Virus record (IMG/VR): IMGVR_UViG_3300038393_002936
Source: a virus
DNA: 64,000 bases
Strand: one strand, 5' to 3'
Both the position numbers and the translations under genes were made by a program. The first letter of the stretch is position 1; each line of letters begins with the position of its first letter. The notes below the pieces were generated by a model. That model searched no databases and was not told where the DNA came from. It saw only the letters and a program-made list of their open reading frames with translations. Positions 56,314-64,000 of this stretch are shown here, piece by piece.

Positions 56314-56353
56314 TTTTCACAATTCGGAAACAGAGAGTGGGGAGGGTGACGAG

Positions 56354-56926
56354 ATGGCGAGGGGACGTAAACCGGGCGGCGGACACCACAATTCAAGGGC
56401 CGAGCCCCCAAAAGAAGAAGTCGAAGAGGAAAATCAGGAAGAGGGGCAGGAAACTCACGGGAGAATAGCTCCGGCCGCAGCGGCTACCACGGCGAGCGAA
56501 GCGGAGCCGATTAACAAAAGTCGGATTGTCGAGGAGATTGTCCGGAGTATCGGCGACGTGGCCGAGGTGAACGCCAAGAGGGTCGGCGAGCTCATCCTTC
56601 GAGACCACGGCGAAGAGGTGTTCGCCCAGTTTTCGCCGACGATATTAAGCAATTACACCTCGAACGCCAAAAAGAAGGTGTACGGCGGCAGTACCGGTGG
56701 CGGAGGAGATGGTGGAGGCCATACGAGGGTCGCCAGGGCCTCCACCGCAGGAGGTGAACCGTCCTTCTCAGACCTCATGAGGGCTAAGCAGGTGTCCGAA
56801 GAATTTGGCGGCTCCCTGCGGCTGGTCAAGAGTCTGGTGGCCCTCGCTCGCCTCACGGGCGACACGGGCTTTGTGGGCGAACTGGCGGTCGAACTGGCCA
56901 GTTCTCTGGAGCAGTCTTCGGAGTGA
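56354..56926 (+). CDS. planctomycete-type putative DNA-binding protein
   Basis: INKSRIVEE...SNAKKK...SDLMRAKQVSEEFGG pattern recalled from small planctomycete proteins. Confidence 0.6.
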   Translation: MARGRKPGGGHHNSRAEPPKEEVEEENQEEGQETHGRIAPAAAATTASEAEPINKSRIVEEIVRSIGDVAEVNAKRVGELILRDHGEEVFAQFSPTILSNYTSNAKKKVYGGSTGGGGDGGGHTRVARASTAGGEPSFSDLMRAKQVSEEFGGSLRLVKSLVALARLTGDTGFVGELAVELASSLEQSSE

Positions 56927-57035
56927 ATAAAAGTGGTGGGGCAGAGGGACCGACTTGCTGCCTCTGCCCCACTGTGCGTCAGCTCCGTTCGGGACAGAGA
57001 GAGCACCCGCCAGATACTGCCCTCCCCTCCTTCGT

Positions 57036-57377
57036 CTACTCCGGAAGCCGCTCCAGAATCACCCGCCCCACCTCGTTCGTCCGCGGGTCGAGCAGGACCA
57101 GGCCCTCTTCGTCGCGGCCGGCATACACTCCTGCCGGAAGAGCCAGCAGAAGCCTGTCGAGCATGCCCGAGGCCGGTTCCAGCGACAGAAATCGCGGCAG
57201 GTCCGATTTCGGCATTTCCTTGAGCTGGACGCCGGCCAGGCGGAAGGCCTTGGCCATCGCGTCAACTCGGTTCGGGCTCACCCGCACCCCCTGCCTGCGG
57301 AGCAGGACGGATGCGTGCGTGACGGACGCGGCCTCTTCCCAGCACAAGGCGAACAGCCGGACACTCAACCTCGTCAT
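57036..57377 (-). CDS. putative HTH protein, related to 61861..62481
   Basis: FALCWEEAASV...AKAFRLAGVQLKEMP. Confidence 0.6.
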   Translation of the reverse strand: MTRLSVRLFALCWEEAASVTHASVLLRRQGVRVSPNRVDAMAKAFRLAGVQLKEMPKSDLPRFLSLEPASGMLDRLLLALPAGVYAGRDEEGLVLLDPRTNEVGRVILERLPE

Positions 57378-57905
57378 GGCGACCTTTCACGGAGATATTT
57401 CGGACGGTTGCTCCATTCTGGTCCGACCCCGACAATTGGTAAAGGTGCGGCAATTTTGCAGAAGTCCAGATAGGCAACTGACTTTTACCGTTTCTCACAA
57501 TCTTTTCATGAAAATTTATCGGACATGACTATTGAGGTTTTGCCACAACTATGCTGGTCCAACACACTTCGTCTGACTTTCTGCTGGTGACTTGCTCGAG
57601 CTTTTACCCGCCGAGACCGCAATCCCCTCTTTTTCAGGAATTTTTTCCTGACTCTGTTCGCCGACAGAATTGGTCCAAGAAACCAGAGCACATTATCATA
57701 ATTATTTATAAGTCAATATTTACAACGAAGCCTTGGTGCTCGGATTCACGCCGCACCCGGCACTCTCTTGGTTGGGGCTGTCGCCCGGAAACCTCGGCTT
57801 TCCGACGCGCTTAAAACGCGCTTATATTACGTCATGAACCATTCTCTTATCAGAACAGCCATCATGGCTTTCCGCAAGTCCAAGTTCCAAAGGAACTTGC
57901 CACAG

Positions 57906-57949
57906 TGGGTCCGGCGGGATTCGAACCCGCAACCAAGGGATTATGAGTC
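57906..57949 (-). mobile_element. attP core: 3' half of a tRNA with CAU anticodon (Ile2/Met-like)
   Basis: minus strand GACTCATAATCCCTTGGTTGCGGGTTCGAATCCCGCCGGACCCA (anticodon loop, T-arm, acceptor 3' strand); no 5' half; about 140 bp from the integrase stop. Confidence 0.8.
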
Positions 57950-58088
57950 GTGCGTTTCACGCACCGCTATAGGCAAACGCCAGTACAGGTCACCGCCGTA
58001 AGTTCAGCCATCAGCAACTATTGCTCTCCCGCGCTCTTTGCCGCCGGCTACCACGCAGCTCGGAGTCGCGAAAAAATAATCGCGCTGT

Positions 58089-59258
58089 TCAGTCGGCCCT
58101 GGACTCCTTGGCGAGTTGCTCGAAGAGCAGGTCTGCGTCGTACGCTTGCTTGGCGTCGAGATAGTATTGCTGAGCGGTCTGTGAAGTGGTCCCGATGGCA
58201 TTCGCCGCCGCATCGACACTGCCCGCCATCCGGGTGGCCAAGGTGATAGCCCGCCGCTTCAGCGAATGGGGCGTAAGACGGGGCTGACCAGGGCGTTCAT
58301 CATTAAACTCTCTGAATATGTTGGAAACGGCCCAAAAGAGCGTTTTAGGGTCGAATTCGTCCTTGTTCTTGGTCCCTGGGCGGAATTTCTTGGCGTCCTC
58401 TGCGTATCGCTCCCACAGCCAGGTCGGGCCGGCGATGGTCTGGAGGCTTGCGAACAAATTAGGGGACAGCTTGATGACTCGGTCGCGACGTTCTTTTTTC
58501 ACCGAAGCGGGGAAGAACAGGCGGCCATCTCGAAGGTCGCTCGTTTTGAGAGAGCAAAGGTCCATCGTCCGACATCCGGCCAGGGCTTTCGTAATGACCC
58601 AAAGCCGCACGAGTGTCCAATCAGGATACCGCTTCTGGAGCCAATCCAGAAATTTGTCGTACTCGTCGGTAGTCGGGACGTGTTTTCGGACCTTGTCGAC
58701 CAGCGGCGGAGAGATGCCGGACCACGGGTTGCTTTTAACGTAGCCCAACTCGTCAAAGTGCTTGTTCCAGAGGGCAGATAGTTTTCGGAGGTAGGTCGCA
58801 GTTGTCGTGGAGCTTCGTTTGTAAACAGTGGCGTCTTTGGCCTTACTCCGCGTAAATCCGGTTGAGCCAAACAGGCGTTTAAATCGTTTGGCGTGTTCGA
58901 CCGTAACGTCAGCCGGCCCCCTCGTGCCTTTAATTGTATCCCGAAATACCCGAACGGTTTTTAAATAATCCTGGAGCGTCCCGGGCCTAATGTCGGTCGT
59001 TTTTTGAAGCTCTTGGACAACATCGTCCCACGAGACGACCACCTCGCCTTCGGGTGTCTTCTCGTAGGCCTTGTGTATCATGCGAACCGCCACCTCGTGG
59101 GCTTCGGTGATGGTTCGACAGCCCGTGCTCAGTCGCCGGAACTTGTCCAGTCCCGGAGGTTGGAACCGTACCTGGTAAACCCCCCGTTGGTCCTGAAGAC
59201 CGTAACTGACCAAAAGTCCATTTGGCAGAAGGGTGCTGAATTCGGGCCGCTTTGGCAC
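58089..59258 (-). CDS. int: tyrosine recombinase/integrase
   Basis: GCRTMDL (R), K, TPHSLKR (HxxR), QQYY (Y); SAM-like core-binding domain; adjacent tRNA-derived att. Confidence 0.88.
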   Translation of the reverse strand: MPKRPEFSTLLPNGLLVSYGLQDQRGVYQVRFQPPGLDKFRRLSTGCRTITEAHEVAVRMIHKAYEKTPEGEVVVSWDDVVQELQKTTDIRPGTLQDYLKTVRVFRDTIKGTRGPADVTVEHAKRFKRLFGSTGFTRSKAKDATVYKRSSTTTATYLRKLSALWNKHFDELGYVKSNPWSGISPPLVDKVRKHVPTTDEYDKFLDWLQKRYPDWTLVRLWVITKALAGCRTMDLCSLKTSDLRDGRLFFPASVKKERRDRVIKLSPNLFASLQTIAGPTWLWERYAEDAKKFRPGTKNKDEFDPKTLFWAVSNIFREFNDERPGQPRLTPHSLKRRAITLATRMAGSVDAAANAIGTTSQTAQQYYLDAKQAYDADLLFEQLAKESRAD

Positions 59259-59378
59259 GGGAATCCTCCTTGCACAAAGAAGGGCTGTTCCCGTAATTTT
59301 ACGCCGAAGGGGTCGGCGGTGCTAGTTCGAGCGGCTCAAGGGGGAAGTGCGGTAGGTAGCGGAACCGAAGAGGCGAGA

Positions 59379-59423
59379 TTCCGGCAGGAAAGGGAGTATG
59401 TCCATACTGCTCTCCTGCCGGAA
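59379..59423. repeat. motif A inverted pair upstream of integrase
   Basis: ATTCCGGCAGGAAAG...CTCTCCTGCCGGAAT. Confidence 0.8.
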
Positions 59424-59821
59424 TATGGCACTAGACTGCACAGCTCGGCTCAGGTTCAGCGAGTATCCCTGCTTCTTGACCAGGGAATCGCTATTGCCAC
59501 CCTAATAAGCCCCTACGCCATCTCCACCTACACCTACACACCTCCCCGCGAGCGGTTCCTGTTTCGCGGCCTCAAGAAACCTCATTTCGAACCACCCTCT
59601 CGCGGGCGAGTGCCGCTTGTCTCTACAGTGGTGCTCAACGCCTCTTGGCGTCACTCGGACTCCGGCGGCTGCCTGGCCCAAGAAGCACTTCGCGAAAAAT
59701 TCAACTTTAAAGTTGAAATATCGCACCAAGCAATATCACAGCGGATGGCAACCGCTACATTTAACATAGTCTTTTTTAGTGTAGTCATCCGCAGAGGTCA
59801 AGGCTGCTTCGCAGTTTTTAG

Positions 59822-59938
59822 TCCGGCAGGGAAGTGGGTGTGCCCGCCCCCACCAGGGGAGTTTGCATGTTCGCCCGACCCCCCTGCCCTACTCTCCTGC
59901 CGGACCTCCGGTCCTGTCGGCTTCGCCGACTGCCGGAA
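59822..59938. repeat. composite A-A'-hairpins element
   Basis: TCCGGCAGGGAAG...CTCTCCTGCC GGACC-TCC-GGTCC T GTCGGC-TTC-GCCGAC TGCCGGAA. Confidence 0.85.
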
Positions 59939-59964
59939 AAACTCCCTCTCGCTCCCAGCCACCC

Positions 59965-59993
59965 TTGCACAACACTGAATTTAGCACTATTAT
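59965..59993 (+). promoter_or_regulatory. sigma70-like promoter
   Basis: TTGCAC-17 bp-TATTAT. Confidence 0.6.
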
Positions 59994-60026
59994 ATAAGAA
60001 GTTCAACTCCAACCCGAAAGGCAACT

Positions 60027-60524
60027 ATGACCACCACGAAGGCCACCCTCGTTTCGACCCGCTATGTGGAGAGCCAAGACCAGGCTCGTATCCTCGAACT
60101 CGAAGCCCTCAATCATCTTTTTCCGGCCGCCGACGAGCCCAGTCTGTCCGTGAAGGACAGTCGTCAGATGTCCCGGACCGACCTGCTCCACTTTGTGGAG
60201 CGAGAACGCACCCGAGCTGTCGTACTGGTCGCCGGGCCCGACAAGACCGTCGAGGGATTCTTGCTGGTCGACGCCAGCGACCGGGACCGCACCGTCATCC
60301 ACCGCTTGAGCGTTTCAGAGAAACGACGGGGATTTGGGTCCGCCCTGTTAATCGAGGCCGAAGGGGTTGCCCGACGAGCCGGCACATCGAAACTGGTTGC
60401 GTACGTCTACGAGCAAGATGTGGCAGTTCAGAAATTCCTCGCTGCCCGAGGTTTCACCTCGAAGGTAGTCCGCCGGCATTTCGACGGCAAACAGGATGCG
60501 GTGGAGTTTGCCAAACGAATTTGA
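60027..60524 (+). CDS. GNAT acetyltransferase (RimI-like paralog)
   Basis: ILELE...HRLSVSEKRRGFGSALL...VYEQDVAVQKFLAARGF...F.GKQDA. Confidence 0.8.
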   Translation: MTTTKATLVSTRYVESQDQARILELEALNHLFPAADEPSLSVKDSRQMSRTDLLHFVERERTRAVVLVAGPDKTVEGFLLVDASDRDRTVIHRLSVSEKRRGFGSALLIEAEGVARRAGTSKLVAYVYEQDVAVQKFLAARGFTSKVVRRHFDGKQDAVEFAKRI

Positions 60525-60560
60525 CTAGCTTCGCGAGTGGAAATTTACTTAGGAGCCCCA

Positions 60561-60935
60561 ATGAGCACAACTCGTCGACCGCTCCAGTACCAAGAACTTG
60601 CCAAAATCCTGGGTCCCCTGCCCCGCCAGGACCAGAATTACGTTCTCCAGTTCTTGTTGGCAGCTGAAAAGCGGTGTGAACGGCGAATCGAAGCACTCGA
60701 AGTGAAAGAGCGTGAGCTCACGCGCCAACAACTCGTGAAAGAGAACGACCGGGGACAGCTCGACAAAATCCGTGTTCTCGGAAAAATTCTCAAGAAAGAC
60801 GTGCGGTCAGCACTAAAGGCAGTCAGGAAAGGCACTTCGGATAAATCTCACGAACAACTTTTGACCTCGTTGTCTACCGCTCTCGTCCAATTCGAACACA
60901 TTCTAGATGGTTCCCCGCTCGCCCCGCAGGCATAA
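60561..60935 (+). CDS. hypothetical coiled-coil protein
   Basis: AGGAG RBS. Confidence 0.6.
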   Translation: MSTTRRPLQYQELAKILGPLPRQDQNYVLQFLLAAEKRCERRIEALEVKERELTRQQLVKENDRGQLDKIRVLGKILKKDVRSALKAVRKGTSDKSHEQLLTSLSTALVQFEHILDGSPLAPQA

Positions 60936-61191
60936 TCCACACCGCAAGAGCATGGACGCTCTCTTATTCTACCAATTGTTATCGGAACAAACCGGAAAAT
61001 TGGCAAGACGCCGGAAGAGACTTGAGCCGACCCAGAGAGCGCAGATATACTGGCGTTCACTATCGCGATACCTCGATTCGAATCGAGGCAACTCGCCCCA
61101 GGAAGGGAAAAGACAGAATATTCCGGTAGGCCGCCGAACCCACACACCGGGTGCTTTGCACCCCGTCACCGCCCAAACCCAGGTCCCAAAA

Positions 61192-61755
61192 ATGAATAAA
61201 GCTGCCGCGGAGGCCCAATCTCTCTCGCTCATGGCCCGCCACGGCCTCACGCAGCCCCGCTGGTCTTTCTGCTGGTGCGACAGTCTCGAATTCGTCGGCC
61301 TCTGTTGCCGGTTCCCATCCGACCGAGGCGGGTTCATCCGCCTGAGCCACCCCTGGGCCCAGGCCAACTATTTTTCGCCCCGCTTCGTAGACGCCGTCAT
61401 TCTGCACGAAGTCGCCCACGCCCTGGTCGGCCCCGCCCGCATGCACGACGAGGTCTGGCTCGCGAAGTGTCTCGAAATCGGCGGGTGTCCTTGGCCCGTC
61501 GACACGTTTATCAGCCCCATGCCGCCCAAGGAACTGTTCTTGGCCCGTGCCGCCCAGTGCATGCGAAGTAGGTTTTTCCAGCTACAAATAACGGCGGACG
61601 ACGAAAACGCCTGCCTGCAAGCTTTTCAGCGAATTCCAGGTCGGTTTTTTCAGGACACAGACGCAGAGCGAAGTGTCGTGGAATTGGCCACTTACAGCTT
61701 TTTTTGCGATGATTTTTCGGTCCTTCCACAGCGTCTAGCACAGTTTCTGAGTTGA
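61192..61755 (+). CDS. SprT-like metalloprotease
   Basis: GLC...IRLS...VILHEVAHAL...HDEVWLAKCLEIGG. Confidence 0.8.
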   Translation: MNKAAAEAQSLSLMARHGLTQPRWSFCWCDSLEFVGLCCRFPSDRGGFIRLSHPWAQANYFSPRFVDAVILHEVAHALVGPARMHDEVWLAKCLEIGGCPWPVDTFISPMPPKELFLARAAQCMRSRFFQLQITADDENACLQAFQRIPGRFFQDTDAERSVVELATYSFFCDDFSVLPQRLAQFLS

Positions 61756-61860
61756 CCCACTGCGAAAAACAGCGTACAAAGCAAATGGGATTCAGGAATG
61801 CGATTCGAAAGAAATCGCCAAATCACATCCAGAATGAAATCGCCCTGACGGAGAATTGCC

Positions 61861-62481
61861 GTGGCGAAGAAAAAGAAACCGGAAGAAACTGAAAAAATCG
61901 AAGCCGCTCCACTGGCCAGCTCCACTGGGAAGAAACCCTCTCCACTCCTTGGTCGTCTCAAGACGGACTACGGTATCGACCGTGATGCATTCATCATAAT
62001 GTGGGAAGAAGGCGACGACCTCGAGGATACCTATCACCGAATGGTCGAATACTGCGTCTCGAGAAACATGCCCCCGATTCCCAAGGCGATTATGTGTGCG
62101 AGGGCATCTTACTACCGCCAAGAAGGGTACAGAGTCAAAAAGCACCCACCCGGCCGCAAGAAACCTGCGAACGACGTGACCAAGGTCAACCGGATGATAG
62201 CCGAAATTCGGGCTCGAAAACTGGCCGGCGGTTCGACCCCCATACCGCCTGCAACACCCCTGGCGGCCCCTCCGGAGTCTCCGCCACAGCACAAGGTGGT
62301 GGAGGGGCTCAGGGAGGCCCTCGGGACTCGGGATATCCCGCCGTCACCTCCGGCTGCCGCCCCCACCCCGACTGAAGAAACTGGGGTGGGGGCGAAGCCC
62401 CAGAAGGGCCCGGCCTACACCCAACAACAGGCCCTGGACATCCTTCGGCGACTGGGCTCAGCAAACCCGAAAAACTCCTAG
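61861..62481 (+). CDS. putative HTH protein with Pro-rich tail
   Basis: AFIIMWEEGDDL...ARASYYRQEGYRVKKHP; similar to 57036..57377. Confidence 0.65.
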   Translation: MAKKKKPEETEKIEAAPLASSTGKKPSPLLGRLKTDYGIDRDAFIIMWEEGDDLEDTYHRMVEYCVSRNMPPIPKAIMCARASYYRQEGYRVKKHPPGRKKPANDVTKVNRMIAEIRARKLAGGSTPIPPATPLAAPPESPPQHKVVEGLREALGTRDIPPSPPAAAPTPTEETGVGAKPQKGPAYTQQQALDILRRLGSANPKNS

Positions 62482-62506
62482 AGCATCTCACAAAACGAAC
62501 ATCGCC

Positions 62507-62548
62507 GGCCCGGGGGAGTCTTTTTTGGCTTCCCCGGGTCTTTTTATT
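62507..62548 (+). terminator. intrinsic terminator
   Basis: GGCCCGGGGGAGTC...GGCTTCCCCGGGTC followed by TTTTTATT. Confidence 0.7.
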
Positions 62549-62549
62549 G

Positions 62550-62578
62550 TTGATTCGCGAAGCTTCTGCATTTACAGT
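62550..62578 (+). promoter_or_regulatory. sigma70-like promoter
   Basis: TTGATT-17 bp-TACAGT. Confidence 0.45.
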
Positions 62579-62623
62579 GTTCTTGACAGTGTTTAGAATA
62601 ACTGTAGAGAACCAGACCGCGAG

Positions 62624-63130
62624 GTGAACATGTCCGAGTATCTCCCGTCAGCGTTCCGAGATTTGGCACAGTCCCTTTCCCTGCCGGAACTCGACGTCAT
62701 TATTGTCGCCGACGGAAGTGGCACGGTCCCGAGCAAGTCAGGCGGGTGTGCTGCCCTTATTTGGGACCGCCGAACAGATGAAACTCACGAAATCAGGTCT
62801 GCCCTGTCGCACTCCACGAACAACTTTTCCGAACTCTTCCCATTCGTCCACGCCCTCTGGATGATTCAAAAAACCGCCAGCCTGGCCCGGGGCGACTCGG
62901 TCGGCTGCGTGAGCGATAGCCAGATAACCGTAAAGGCAGGCCAGAAACTCTATTCTCGGTCGGCAAACGAATGCCTGTGGGACGCAATCGAGTATTTCGA
63001 GACAGGAGGAATCAGGTTCGAGTGGAGATGGGTTCCTCGAAATTCAAACCCGCTCAACGCCTGGTGTGACAAGCGCAGCCGGGAAATGAGAATTTTATTA
63101 GAACCACAAGTTGTGCCAACCCAGACTTAG
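62624..63130 (+). CDS. RNase HI-like protein
   Basis: IVADGSG, STNNFSEL, VSDSQ, WRWVPRNSNPLNAWCD. Confidence 0.8.
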   Translation: MNMSEYLPSAFRDLAQSLSLPELDVIIVADGSGTVPSKSGGCAALIWDRRTDETHEIRSALSHSTNNFSELFPFVHALWMIQKTASLARGDSVGCVSDSQITVKAGQKLYSRSANECLWDAIEYFETGGIRFEWRWVPRNSNPLNAWCDKRSREMRILLEPQVVPTQT

Positions 63131-63148
63131 CAAACCAGGAACTCCGCA

Positions 63149-63343
63149 GTGGACAACATCGAAAGCCGTATCCAAAAAGCACTCGCGGTCATTGAAAAAT
63201 TCAGTAGATGCGACGGTGCCCACCACAAACAGTGGGTTATCGACCAAGTTGTCAGGCCTCTAACCCAAGACAAGTACGAAGAATGGGTCAAGCAATACGA
63301 GCAACGTGGCGAGTTCGAATGGGATAAAGGAAAGGCACCATAG
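63149..63343 (+). CDS. hypothetical protein
   Basis: DGAHHKQWVIDQVVR...WDKGKAP, phage-like motif. Confidence 0.6.
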   Translation: MDNIESRIQKALAVIEKFSRCDGAHHKQWVIDQVVRPLTQDKYEEWVKQYEQRGEFEWDKGKAP

Positions 63344-63455
63344 CCGCCCTTTCTAGTAAGAGGTGCTGTCTCGGCCACAAGCCGAGGAATGCACGTGCGA
63401 CAAGCGGAGCCGTGAAATGAGAAATTTATTAGAGCCACAGACCTCGTCAGCTTAG

Positions 63456-63497
63456 TTCCGGCAGGAAAGGGAGCACATTACCACTTTCCTGCCGGAA
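63456..63497. repeat. motif A inverted pair
   Basis: TTCCGGCAGGAAAGGG...CCACTTTCCTGCCGGAA. Confidence 0.85.
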
Positions 63498-63541
63498 CTC
63501 TTATTAGTGATGCCAACTAACTCTTTAAAAGAGGAGCTATC

Positions 63542-63898
63542 GTGGTCGAATTCTTCCTGCTGGCCGTTCTGGTCCATTTCACGGTCGACATTGTTTTTCA
63601 GCCGGACTTTGTGGCGAAGTTCAAGGCCAGGAAAAATAGCTTGGCGGCGATTCCGTGGTACTACGTGCTGATGGGGCACGCGGCCTCTCACGGGCTCGCT
63701 CTCGGCTTTCTCGCCCTGGTGCTGTGCGATGGACTCCCAAAACAAATAGCCATCAACCTTGTCCTGTTTGAAACTTTCGCCCACTTCGTTATCGATGTCC
63801 TCAAGAACGAGGACTTGACGAACATCCACAGCGACCAATTCCTGCACGTTGTGTGCAAAGCAGTCTACGCCGTTTCTGCGGCCCAGGCGGCAAGCTGA
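63542..63898 (+). CDS. DUF3307-family membrane protein
   Basis: HFTVDIVFQ...H...H...HFVID..K...DQFLH. Confidence 0.75.
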   Translation: MVEFFLLAVLVHFTVDIVFQPDFVAKFKARKNSLAAIPWYYVLMGHAASHGLALGFLALVLCDGLPKQIAINLVLFETFAHFVIDVLKNEDLTNIHSDQFLHVVCKAVYAVSAAQAAS

Positions 63899-64000
63899 AC
63901 AGCCGAGTCGCCCGTCGTCCTCACCACAGGAGATAGTCCACCCATGCTCGTGAAGTCTCTAACCGGCCATTTTGGGTGCAAGAGGATGCAGGCTCCCGGC

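Noticed and set aside
57906-57990. Complete tRNA-Met/Ile gene
   Set aside because: The D-arm and 5' acceptor strand are absent and the anticodon stem cannot pair beyond 2 bp.
58089-59258. Integron (integrase acting on the repeats as attC sites)
   Set aside because: The integrase has a tRNA-derived attP beside it, and the elements lack RYYYAAC/GTTRRRY ends and one-per-gene regularity. A recombinase elsewhere on the contig is not excluded.
59004-60667. ORFs 59004..59978 and 59834..60667
   Set aside because: They overlap the integrase antisense or read through repeat elements and better-supported genes.
17901-63497. CRISPR array interpretation of the repeats
   Set aside because: Copies are dispersed at irregular, often kb-scale spacing, in both orientations, with no constant-length spacers or cas genes in the window.

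Overview
This window is part of a large, temperate, tailed phage whose host is very probably a planctomycete (Gemmataceae-like). The host inference rests on several TIGR02996 'repeat-companion' proteins, planctomycete-type RimI-like GNATs and a planctomycete-type DNA-binding protein. Positions 1-14.8 kb (minus strand) hold the late head and packaging module: sigma-like factor, candidate TerS, ERCC4 nuclease invaded by a free-standing HNH-type homing endonuclease, TerL, portal, two DUF6527-like proteins, protease/scaffold, decoration protein, major capsid protein and head-completion genes. Positions 15.5-64 kb (mostly plus strand) are an accessory region of about 80 mostly small genes. It includes several paralog expansions, a C5 DNA methyltransferase, a DUF3560-N6-MTase fusion, a Gp88-like protein, a DEDDh exonuclease, an AAA/DUF2201-vWA module, a LexA-like regulator, a tyrosine integrase with a tRNA(CAU) 3'-half attP core, SprT and RNase H. 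The most striking feature is a dispersed, modular repeat system with three parts. Motif A is TCCGGCAGGRRRGG (about 55 exact 9-mer cores counted by eye, often as convergent inverted pairs). Motif B is TTAATAGGGGGGATTGGA. The third part is a set of interchangeable C-GNA-G triloop mini-hairpins with compensatory stem changes. These elements occupy gene junctions, sit at promoter start sites and before start codons, and are inserted in frame inside at least three proteins. GATC appears to be absent from the window. All annotations are by-eye motif recognition; no database searches were run.
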